From an uncultured delta proteobacterium (lineage in GTDB: Bacteria; Myxococcota_A; UBA9160; SMWR01): a DNA stretch of 64,000 bases. Below the pieces are notes generated by a model. That model was not told where the DNA came from and did no database searches. It was given only the letters and a program-made list of their open reading frames with translations. The stretch's first letter is position 1. The number at the start of each line of letters is the position of its first letter. Shown in pieces: positions 30,730 to 39,204 of the stretch. The DNA lies in the NCBI GenBank assembly GCA_963832165.1, contig CAWHTE010000007.1, positions 608,001 to 672,000 of the forward strand. The letters are read 5' to 3'. The translations under genes and the position numbers were made by a program.

Positions 30730-31668
30730 ATGAGTTTCTCCGCCGATCAGTGGGCGGTGATCCTGGGCGGGTCGAGCGGTTTCGGGCTCGCGACCGCGAA
30801 GCGGCTCGGCGCGCTCGGCATGAGCGTGTGCGTGGTGCACCGCGATCGCCGCGCGATGCTCGCGAAGATCGAGCCCGAGTTCGAGAAGATCCGCGCGGGG
30901 GGAACGCGCCTCGTCGCGATGAACACCGACGCACTCGACGCCGAGAAGCGCCGCGAGGTGCTCGACGAGCTAACGGGCGCGATGGGCGATGGCCGCGTGC
31001 GCGTGCTGCTGCACTCGGTGGCGTTCGGGAACCTGAAGCTGCTGGTCACGGAAGCCAAGACGCGGCGCAGCGCGGCGTCCGCGCTCGCGAGCAAGCTCGG
31101 CATCGCCGAGGGCGAGCTGCAGAAGGCGATCGACGAGCTGTTCACGGCCGGCCATCCCCAGGCCCTCGGTCTCGCGAGCGCGCCCGAGTACTCCGACAAG
31201 TACTTCCTCGACGAGGAGGACTTCTCCCGCACGATCCACGCGATGGGCACGAGCCTGCTCGGCTGGGTGCAGGAGCTGTTCGCGCGCGGGCTGTTCGCGA
31301 AGGACGCGCGCGTGTTCGGACTCACGAGCGAGGGCAACGAGGTGGCCTGGCGGGGCTATGCCGCGGTCGCGGCCGCGAAGGTGTCGCTCGAGTCGCTCGC
31401 GCGCTCGATCGCGGTGGAGTTCGCGCCCTACGGCATCCGCTGCAACGTGATCCAGGCCGGCATCACCCACACGCCTGCGCAGGACGCGATTCCGGGCTCC
31501 GTGCACATGCGCGCGCAGGCGTTGTCGCGCAACCCGATGGGCCGGCTCACCACGCCCGAGGACGTCGCGAACGTGATCGGACTGCTCGCGAGCGACGAAG
31601 CGGGCTGGATCAACGGCGAGGTGATCCGCGTCGACGGCGGCGAGCACATCTCGGGAGCTTCGTCGTGA
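30730..31668 (+). CDS. Enoyl-ACP reductase-like SDR (FabL-like)
   Basis: LGGSSGFG, TSEG, Y-x6-K (YAAVAAAK), NPMGRLTTPEDVA, VDGGE. Confidence 0.82.
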   Translation: MSFSADQWAVILGGSSGFGLATAKRLGALGMSVCVVHRDRRAMLAKIEPEFEKIRAGGTRLVAMNTDALDAEKRREVLDELTGAMGDGRVRVLLHSVAFGNLKLLVTEAKTRRSAASALASKLGIAEGELQKAIDELFTAGHPQALGLASAPEYSDKYFLDEEDFSRTIHAMGTSLLGWVQELFARGLFAKDARVFGLTSEGNEVAWRGYAAVAAAKVSLESLARSIAVEFAPYGIRCNVIQAGITHTPAQDAIPGSVHMRAQALSRNPMGRLTTPEDVANVIGLLASDEAGWINGEVIRVDGGEHISGASS

Positions 31669-32414
31669 GCGAGAGCGAGAACGAAGACGGCGGAAAGCCG
31701 GTTGCGCTCGTGACCGGCGGCGGCACCGGGATTGGCACGGCGTGCTGCCGCGCGCTCGCGGCCGAGGGCTTTCGCGTGGGCGTGCACTACCGCTCGAGCG
31801 AGGACAAGGCGCGCGCGCTGGTCGAGTCGCTCGGCGATGCGTTCGCGATCCGCGCCGATCTCGCCGTGCCCGAGGAGATCGACGCAATGGTCGCGGAGCT
31901 CAAGGACGTCGCGGGGCGCGTCGACGTGCTCGTGAACAACGCGGGCTTCAACGTGAACGCGCCCATGCTCGCGATGAAGCTCGACGACTACGACGCAGTG
32001 GCCGCGGTCTCGCGCGGCACGTGGTATCTCACCAAGGGCATCCTGCGCCGCTTCATGCTGCGCCGGAAGAGCGGCCGGATCATCAACATCTCGAGCGTGG
32101 TCGGTCACACCGGCAATCCCGGCCAGATCCCGTACACGATGGTGAAGGCCGGCCTCGACGCGTTCGCGAAGAGCCTCGCGCAGGAGCTCGCGGGGCGAGA
32201 CATCCTCGTGAACTCGGTGGCGCCCGGATTCATCGACACCGAGATGACCGACGAGCTCCCCGACGAATTGAAGGCGGCGATCCTCATGCGCATTCCGCAG
32301 CAGCGCATGGGCAGGCCCGAAGAGGTCGCGGACGTGGTCGCGTTCCTGGCCACGCGCGGCAGCTACGTGAACGGCTGCGTGATCCACGTGAACGGCGGAA
32401 TGTTCGGCGGCTGA
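31665..32414 (+). CDS. fabG: 3-oxoacyl-ACP reductase (FabG-like)
   Basis: TGGGTGIG, NNAG, ISSVVG, YTMVK, APGFIDTEMT, VNGGM. Confidence 0.82.
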   Translation: MSESENEDGGKPVALVTGGGTGIGTACCRALAAEGFRVGVHYRSSEDKARALVESLGDAFAIRADLAVPEEIDAMVAELKDVAGRVDVLVNNAGFNVNAPMLAMKLDDYDAVAAVSRGTWYLTKGILRRFMLRRKSGRIINISSVVGHTGNPGQIPYTMVKAGLDAFAKSLAQELAGRDILVNSVAPGFIDTEMTDELPDELKAAILMRIPQQRMGRPEEVADVVAFLATRGSYVNGCVIHVNGGMFGG

Positions 32415-32428
32415 TGGCGGATCCGCCA

Positions 32429-33607
32429 TTACGACAGCTCGATCAACTCGCAGGTCGGATTCGGCGGCAGCGTCGCGGGCAGCACCCAGCGGATCAGCGC
32501 ATAGCCCTCGCTGCGCCCGCCCGTGTCGAGCCAGTTCGGCACACCCGGGTCGCGGTGGGCGATCACGATCGTCCAGCTCCCGTCCGCGTTGCGCTGCGCG
32601 AGCTGATCGTTCGTGCACACGTGGCGCTGGCGGTACTCGTACGACTCCATCCACGGGCTCACGAGCACGATCCCCCAGTAGCGCGCTCCGCCGCGCGCGG
32701 GATGGATCGTGATGCGCAGCGCCTGATTCGGGTCGATCCGCCAGTTGCCGCCCATGTAGGCCATGTCTGAGGCCGTGTGCGTGCGCACCTCGTCCCGCCA
32801 GTCCGATCTTCGCTCGGCTTCGCCTCGCTGCGCGCCGCCTTCGGCGGCTTGCGCGCTGTCCGTGTGGTCCTTGCCCGAGCCGCCCGTGATCCGGTTCACG
32901 CCTGCCGCGGCGAATCCCTTCCACATCGCGACGCAGCTGTGCGCGATGAACAGGAGCCAGCGCGCCGCGAGCGCGATCCGCTCTGCGGCGACCTCGGGCG
33001 TCCAGTCGGCCGGTGGCAGGGCCGGCCCCACGCGCTCGATCTCGAACCGCGCGGTCCGCTCGCGCGTGCGGTCGTGGAACGTCTCGCGCACGGAGATCTG
33101 CGCTGCGCCGTCGGGCAGCGCGATCCAGTTGCCGTCGTGCTTCTGTTTCGAGAGCGCGATCTCGAAGTCGCCGTTCGGCTCCAGGGCGAAGTCGTCGAGC
33201 TGGTACTGGCCGAGCGTTCCGGTGCGCCCCGCGTGCCCGCGCAGGATGTCGGTGCCGATCGTGAGGCCGATCGCGGCGGCCTGGCCGCGGTTGCCTGTGA
33301 GGCGATAGGTCTCGCGGTCGTCGAGCGAGGCGAAGTAGTAGTCGACGTCGGGATTGTCGACCATGAGCTTGCGCGTCGGACCCTGCGACCGGAAGATCGT
33401 CGGGCGCAGCGGGTCCGCGTACTCGACCACCCACTCCTGGGCCAGGCACGCGGTCCGCGTCACCCAGCGCGCACCCTCGCCCCAGTCGACCGGGTGGCCC
33501 GGCTGTGAAGCGGAAAGCAGCAGATCGATCGCCTGACGTTGGGCACCGATCCAGGCCTCGAGCGCCTCGCCGACCACTTTTTTCGAGGTCTCGGAGATTT
33601 CGTCCAT
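32429..33607 (-). CDS. DUF1214-like protein
   Basis: DNPDVDY, YRLTGNRG, WMESYEY, IAHRDPGVPNWLDTGG, IRW; GAGGAG RBS. Confidence 0.78.
   Translation of the reverse strand: MDEISETSKKVVGEALEAWIGAQRQAIDLLLSASQPGHPVDWGEGARWVTRTACLAQEWVVEYADPLRPTIFRSQGPTRKLMVDNPDVDYYFASLDDRETYRLTGNRGQAAAIGLTIGTDILRGHAGRTGTLGQYQLDDFALEPNGDFEIALSKQKHDGNWIALPDGAAQISVRETFHDRTRERTARFEIERVGPALPPADWTPEVAAERIALAARWLLFIAHSCVAMWKGFAAAGVNRITGGSGKDHTDSAQAAEGGAQRGEAERRSDWRDEVRTHTASDMAYMGGNWRIDPNQALRITIHPARGGARYWGIVLVSPWMESYEYRQRHVCTNDQLAQRNADGSWTIVIAHRDPGVPNWLDTGGRSEGYALIRWVLPATLPPNPTCELIELS
32805..32856 (-). repeat. Repeat family B copy inserted in frame in a CDS
   Basis: GCGCGCAAGCCGCCGAAGGCGGCGCGCAGCGAGGCGAAGCCGAGCGAAGATC, translated as AQAAEGGAQRGEAERRS. 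Confidence 0.8.
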
Positions 33608-33639
33608 GGCTCTCCTCGCGCGCACTTATGCTACTCGAA

Positions 33640-34536
33640 ATGGCCTCGACCCCTCCGCCGCGCGCACCCGGAATCGCCGTGCTCGCGGCGCTGCTGCTCG
33701 CCGCTCCTGCCGAGGCAGAATGGACGGAGTGGGTGCTCGATGCGGATGTTGCGTCGCGTTACGACTCCAACGTCAACCGGGCCGCCGAATCCTCCGAACA
33801 CGAATGGGACGTCTCCTTCCGGCTGAACGCTCAGGCGGGGCGCTTCTTTCAAATCGCGGAGCGCACGCGGCTGCTCGCTGCCGGGGACGTCGCAGGCGAG
33901 GTCTATACCGACTTCGCCCAGCTCGACGCCATCGAGGCCAACGGCCAGCTCGCATTGCTCCACAAGTTCGGCGTGGGCGATGCTCCGTGGCTGCGCGGCT
34001 TCGCGACAGGCGGCCAGCGCGCGGTGCGCGATGGCGAGCGCGGGGGTCCGCAGTTCTCTGCCGGGCTCGCAGCGGGAAAACGCCTCTCGCCACGCCTCGA
34101 CGCCCGGCTCCGGTACGTCTTCACGCGGCGCTACGGGGGCGACGGCAGCAACGTCGTCGCCGGCGCGCCCGACGATGTGTTCGAGCAGCAACACCACGAG
34201 CTGACGCTCGATGGGAGCCTCCTGCTCACCGAAGAGCTGCTGCTCGGCGCGGGCTTCACGTACCGCCGGGGCGACTTCGACTCGAACGCTCGAGAGAGCC
34301 GTTTCGAAGTGCTCGCGCGCAATGACGTCGACGCGGTGGCGCGAGATCACGTCTTCGGGGGCTGGATCTATCGCGTCGAAGGAAACGCCTACTCGCCGTT
34401 CGCGCGACTCAACTACGGCCTCACCGAGCGCTGGTCGGTCGAGCTCGGCTATCGCTTCCAGCTCGCCGAGGGCGACGGCACGAGCCTTCGATACCGGAAC
34501 CACGCCGTGACGGGTTCCGTGCTATTCCGATACTGA
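33640..34536 (+). CDS. Predicted outer-membrane beta-barrel protein
   Basis: Signal peptide (AEA/EW), YDSNV motif, amphipathic strands, C-terminal aromatic (VLFRY). Confidence 0.75.
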   Translation: MASTPPPRAPGIAVLAALLLAAPAEAEWTEWVLDADVASRYDSNVNRAAESSEHEWDVSFRLNAQAGRFFQIAERTRLLAAGDVAGEVYTDFAQLDAIEANGQLALLHKFGVGDAPWLRGFATGGQRAVRDGERGGPQFSAGLAAGKRLSPRLDARLRYVFTRRYGGDGSNVVAGAPDDVFEQQHHELTLDGSLLLTEELLLGAGFTYRRGDFDSNARESRFEVLARNDVDAVARDHVFGGWIYRVEGNAYSPFARLNYGLTERWSVELGYRFQLAEGDGTSLRYRNHAVTGSVLFRY

Positions 34537-34548
34537 CGGGGATCACCC

Positions 34549-35211
34549 ATGAAGGGGAGACTCTCATCGCATGGCCTCGCGCTCGCAGCGCTCGTGACCG
34601 CTGCGCTGGCTCCCGCCCACGCCGAGCTTCTCACCGCCAGCGTGCGAAGCCGAGGCGGCGAGCCGGTGCGGGATGCCGTCGTCTACGCCATGACCGAAGG
34701 GGCGGCGAAGCAAGAGCTGGCCGCGCCCGGCCGGACCGAGATCGATCAGGTCGACAAGCAGTTCGTGCCGTACGTCACCGCGGTGCCCGTCGGGACGCAC
34801 GTCAACTTCCCGAACCGCGATCAGATCCGGCATCACGTGTACTCCTTCTCTCGAGCGAAGACCTTCGAGATCCCCCTCTACGAAGGGATGCCGGAAGAGC
34901 TCGTCGCCTTCGATCGACCCGGCGAGGTCGCGCTCGGCTGCAACATCCACGATTGGATGAAGGCCTACGTGTTCGTCGTGGATACGCGGTACTTCGCGGT
35001 CACGAACGGCAGCGGCGAGGCGAAGGTAGAGCTTCCGGCCGGTCATTACCGCGTGGAGGTCTGGCACCCTCGTCTCGAGGGCGAGCCCGCGGCCACCGCG
35101 CGCGCACTGCGGTTCGAAGCGGGAGAAAGTCCCCGGCTCGACTTCGAGATCGAGCAGAAGCGCGTGTGGAGTCCCCGCCGCGCTCCGGCGAGCGATCCGG
35201 ACTATCGCTGA
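34549..35211 (+). CDS. Periplasmic cupredoxin-like protein ('methylamine utilization protein'-annotated family)
   Basis: Signal peptide, IDQVDKQFVP, FPNRDQIRHHVYSFS, LGCNIHDWM, VWHPRL. Confidence 0.82.
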   Translation: MKGRLSSHGLALAALVTAALAPAHAELLTASVRSRGGEPVRDAVVYAMTEGAAKQELAAPGRTEIDQVDKQFVPYVTAVPVGTHVNFPNRDQIRHHVYSFSRAKTFEIPLYEGMPEELVAFDRPGEVALGCNIHDWMKAYVFVVDTRYFAVTNGSGEAKVELPAGHYRVEVWHPRLEGEPAATARALRFEAGESPRLDFEIEQKRVWSPRRAPASDPDYR

Positions 35212-35228
35212 GAAGAGAGGCTCGAGCG

Positions 35229-37157
35229 TTGTCGCTCCAGCGCCGATTCCAATTCCGCAGCTTCCGTGCCCGGATTCTCACGTTCGTGATCGGTGTGCTG
35301 CTGCTCGTACAGGGCGCCGTACTGCTCTCGGTCCACGCCGCCAACCTGCGCGGCGCCCGCCGGCACATCGACGAGGCGCTCGAGCTCACCGCGGCCGCGT
35401 TCGATCGCTCGCTCGAGGTCCGCGAGCAGATCCTCGTCGAGAAGGCGCGCCTGCTCTCGTCCGACTTTGCATTCAAACAGGTCGTTGCGACGAGGGATCC
35501 CGCAACGGTCCGCTCGGCGCTCGAGAACCACAGCGCGCGCGTCGGCGCCCAGCTGATGATGCTTCTGGATCCCGGTATGTCGATCGCGACCACATCGCCG
35601 CTTGCGAGTGGCGACGACGCTGCTCTCCGTGCGCTGATCGAGCGCGCCGAAGCGCACGAGTTCGGCGAGGCCTCCGCGATCCAGCTGCTCGGTGGGAAGC
35701 CGTACCAGCTCGCGATCGTCCCGCTGTTCACGCCCGAGCCGAGTGCGTGGATCGCGATCGGCTTCTCGGTCGACAACGCGCTCGCCCGCGAGCTGCAGGA
35801 GGAGACGGGCACCCACGTGACGCTGCTGCGCTCGGAGCCCGGCGGATGGCAGGTGTTTTGTTCGACGCTCGACGCGGGCGCGCTGCGCGAGCTCGAGCGG
35901 GGGCTCCCGAAGCGGGTGCCGGCAGGCTCCGAGGTCCTGAGTCTCGACATCGCCGGGGACGAGTTCGTCTCGTGGCTCGCGCCGATCGATGGCGACGAGG
36001 GCCGGCTGATCGCGGTACTGCAGCGTTCGCTCGACGAGGCGTTGGAACCGTTCCTCGCGCTGCGAGCGATGCTGCTCGTCATCTTTGCACTCGGGCTGCT
36101 CTCGTCGCTGCTATTCAGCGCGCTCCTCGCGGCGCGCGTCACGCGCCCCGTTGCGGAGCTCGTGCGCGGCGCACGTCGGATAGAACGCGGCAACTACGGG
36201 GACCCCGTCATCCTCGAGCAACGCGACGAGCTGGGCTCGCTCGCTATCTCGTTCAACGCAATGATGAAGGGGCTGGCCGAACGGGATCGCGTCCGCGATC
36301 TGCTCGGGCGGGTGGTGGCGCCCGAGATCGCCGAGGAGCTGCTCAGCCGCGAGATCGTACTCGGCGGTGAGGAACGCCGCGTCTCCGTGCTGTTTACCGA
36401 CATCCGGGCGTTTACGGCGCTCTCGGAAGGAGAGGATCCGCAGCGCCTCGTAAAGGTGCTCAACACCTTCCTCACCGCGGTCAGCACGGCGATCGAGGGT
36501 CACGGCGGTGTCGTCGAGGAGTACATGGGAGACGGCGCGAAGGCCTTGTTCGGCGCGCCCGTCGCGCACCCCGACGATGCGCGCCGGGCCGTGCTCGCGG
36601 GCCTCGCGCTCGTGTCGTCGTTGCCGGCTGTCAACGCCGAGATCGCGGTGCTTGGCGCGCAACCGCTCGCGATCGGCGTCGGCATCCACACCGACGACGT
36701 GGTCGCGGGTCGGATGGGCTCGCTCGCGCGACTCAAGTACACGGTCGTGGGTGACGGTGTGAACCTGGCGTCGCGCCTGGAGGGTCTGACCGCGCGCTAT
36801 GGCGTCGCGGTCATCGCGAGCGGTGCTACGCGCGACGCGTGTCCGTCGGACATCCTGTTTCGTGAGCTCGATCGCGTGCGCGTGAAGGGCCGGGAGAAGG
36901 CGGTGGCCATCTACGAACCGCTGGGGCTCGTGGGCCAGCTCCCTTCGTCGGTGCGCGAGAGCGTAGAGCTCCACCACGAGGCGCTCGCGCGGTTCCGGGA
37001 CGCGGATTGGGATGGAGCAGCGGCCCGTTTCGGGGAGCTCGCGCGCAACGAACCCGAAGGACGCCTCTATCGAGTATTCCTGGAACGGATCGAGGTGCTG
37101 CGGCGCGAGCCGCCCGGACCCGACTGGGACGGCACTTTCACGCATCAGGAGAAGTGA
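35229..37157 (+). CDS. Membrane sensor (Cache-like)-HAMP class III nucleotide cyclase
   Basis: Two TMs, HAMP (DELGSLAISFNAM), VLFTDIRAFT, GD, GDGVNLASRLE, RVKG, WDG tail. Confidence 0.9.
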   Translation: MSLQRRFQFRSFRARILTFVIGVLLLVQGAVLLSVHAANLRGARRHIDEALELTAAAFDRSLEVREQILVEKARLLSSDFAFKQVVATRDPATVRSALENHSARVGAQLMMLLDPGMSIATTSPLASGDDAALRALIERAEAHEFGEASAIQLLGGKPYQLAIVPLFTPEPSAWIAIGFSVDNALARELQEETGTHVTLLRSEPGGWQVFCSTLDAGALRELERGLPKRVPAGSEVLSLDIAGDEFVSWLAPIDGDEGRLIAVLQRSLDEALEPFLALRAMLLVIFALGLLSSLLFSALLAARVTRPVAELVRGARRIERGNYGDPVILEQRDELGSLAISFNAMMKGLAERDRVRDLLGRVVAPEIAEELLSREIVLGGEERRVSVLFTDIRAFTALSEGEDPQRLVKVLNTFLTAVSTAIEGHGGVVEEYMGDGAKALFGAPVAHPDDARRAVLAGLALVSSLPAVNAEIAVLGAQPLAIGVGIHTDDVVAGRMGSLARLKYTVVGDGVNLASRLEGLTARYGVAVIASGATRDACPSDILFRELDRVRVKGREKAVAIYEPLGLVGQLPSSVRESVELHHEALARFRDADWDGAAARFGELARNEPEGRLYRVFLERIEVLRREPPGPDWDGTFTHQEK

Positions 37158-37187
37158 GATCGCGGTACGGCGCGTATCATCTCCGAA

Positions 37188-38432
37188 ATGACTTGGACTC
37201 CCCCGCCCCGCGCGCCCTGGGTTGCGCAGCTCAACGCGCTCAGCGAGAGCGCGGGCAACGGCGGCCGCGCGCTGATACCGCTCGACGAGGAGTCGCTGCT
37301 GGACGCCGCGCGTGCCGCCACGGGACTCGCCGATTTCGGTGACGCGGGCTTTCGCGAAGGGCTCGCGCTGCTCTCGCGCGGGCTCGAGAGCGACGCGCAG
37401 CTCACGCTGCTCGGACGGCTGATGGCGCGCGCCGAGTTCGCGCGGATCCTCGAGGTGCGGCTGCGCACCGAGGCGTTCATCCACGAGCACGCGGAGATCC
37501 TGCACGAGGTCGTGCGCGCACCCCTGTTCGTGACCGGGCTCGCGCGCACCGGCACGAGCTTGCTCCACGAGCTGCTCTGGCGCGATCCCGCGCACCGCGC
37601 GCCGCTCGCGTGGGAGATGATGTACCCCGTCGACGCGGCGCGCGCGCCCGAGGTCGATTCCGCGCCCGCGATCGCGCGCGCGGCCCAGGAGATCGAGCTG
37701 CAGAACCACGCGTTGCCCGCCACGCGCACGATGCACGAGCTCGGCGCCGAGCTGCCGAACGAGTGCATCTACCTGTTCGCGCACGAGCTCGCGACCGACA
37801 TGTTCATGGGGTTCTACCAGATCCCCAGCTACACGATGTGGATGGGGACGCGCGATTGGACACCGCTCTATGTTCGTCACCGGCGGCTGCTCCAGCTGCT
37901 GCAGTGGCGCAGGCCCGCGCAGCGCTGGGTGCTCAAGGCTCCGTCGCACCTGAACCACCTGCGCGAGCTGTTCACGGCGTATCCGGATGCGCGCGTCGTG
38001 ATCACGCACCGCGATCCGCTCCAGGTGCTCGGCTCGCTCTCGAACCTGATGGCGAGCTTGCGCTGGACGCGCAGCGATCACGTCGACCATCCCGCGCTCG
38101 TTGCCGGAATCGCGTTCGGGCACGCCTATCTCGGCGACCAGGTGATGAAGCAGCGCGACTCGAGTGTCCTGCCGGACGGCCAGATCCTCGACGTGCGCTA
38201 CTGCGATCTCGTTGCAGATCCGATCGCGGTACTGCGGCGGATCGGCGACTGGCTCGGAGCGCCCTTCGGCGGCCGCGCCGAGGCGGCAGTGCGCGAGTGG
38301 ATCGCGCGCCGTCCGAAGGATCGGCACGGCACGCACGAGTACTCGTTTGCCGACACGGGGCTCGATCTCGCCACGGAGCGTGCGCGCCACGCGGAGTACC
38401 AGCGGCGCTACGACGTTCCGTCGGAGGTCTGA
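37188..38432 (+). CDS. Sulfotransferase family protein
   Basis: GLARTGTS PAPS loop, WVLKAPSH, THRDP, DLVADP. Confidence 0.9.
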   Translation: MTWTPPPRAPWVAQLNALSESAGNGGRALIPLDEESLLDAARAATGLADFGDAGFREGLALLSRGLESDAQLTLLGRLMARAEFARILEVRLRTEAFIHEHAEILHEVVRAPLFVTGLARTGTSLLHELLWRDPAHRAPLAWEMMYPVDAARAPEVDSAPAIARAAQEIELQNHALPATRTMHELGAELPNECIYLFAHELATDMFMGFYQIPSYTMWMGTRDWTPLYVRHRRLLQLLQWRRPAQRWVLKAPSHLNHLRELFTAYPDARVVITHRDPLQVLGSLSNLMASLRWTRSDHVDHPALVAGIAFGHAYLGDQVMKQRDSSVLPDGQILDVRYCDLVADPIAVLRRIGDWLGAPFGGRAEAAVREWIARRPKDRHGTHEYSFADTGLDLATERARHAEYQRRYDVPSEV

Positions 38433-38436
38433 AGAC

Positions 38437-39204
38437 ATGAAGACGGTGAGAGAAGAAGACCGCGAGGGAGGCGTCCGCTGGCTCGTGCTCGATCGCGCAC
38501 CCGCGAACGCGCTCGACGACAACCTGCTGCGAGACCTCGAGACCGCAGTCGCGCGCGCGAAGGACGACGAATCGGTGCGCGCGGTCGTGCTGACGGGCGC
38601 GGGCGCGTTCTTCAGCGGCGGCTTCGATCTGTCGGCGCCGCGGCGCGAGGCGGAGCAGGTCGCCGTGATGACCGACCTGTACCGCGACGCCCACCGCGCG
38701 TTGCTTGCGCTGCCGAAGCCGACCGTAGCGCGCGTCGCGGGGCACACGATCGCGGGCGGCGTGATCCTCGCGCTCGCGTGCGACTACCGCCTCGGCTGCG
38801 CGGGCGACTGGAAGGTCGGCACGAACGAGGTGGCGATCGGCGCGTCGTACCCGAAGGCAGCGATCGAGATCGTGAAGCTGCGGCTCACTCACAAGCAGGC
38901 CGCAGAGCTCACGCTGGGCGCGCAACTCTATCCGGCGAGTCAGGCGGTCCGGCTCGGTGTCGTCGACGAGCTGCTGCCGGCCGCGGAATTCGACGCGATC
39001 GTCGCGCGCCGCGCTGCGCGCCTGGCCGCGTTCCCGCGCGAGGCCTATGCGCACACGAAGGCGGCGCTCTGCGCCGAAGCGCTCGCGCGCATCGACTCAC
39101 ACACCCACGAGCAGTCGCTCGCCGACGCCGCGGTGTGGATGACCGACGAGAGCCGCGCCGCCCGCCACGATCAGCGCAGGAAGCTCGGTAAGGGTGGAGA
39201 CTAA
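38437..39204 (+). CDS. Enoyl-CoA hydratase/isomerase
   Basis: ANAL, FSGGFDL, PKPTVA..GHTIAGG, CDYR, NEVAIG. Confidence 0.9.
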   Translation: MKTVREEDREGGVRWLVLDRAPANALDDNLLRDLETAVARAKDDESVRAVVLTGAGAFFSGGFDLSAPRREAEQVAVMTDLYRDAHRALLALPKPTVARVAGHTIAGGVILALACDYRLGCAGDWKVGTNEVAIGASYPKAAIEIVKLRLTHKQAAELTLGAQLYPASQAVRLGVVDELLPAAEFDAIVARRAARLAAFPREAYAHTKAALCAEALARIDSHTHEQSLADAAVWMTDESRAARHDQRRKLGKGGD

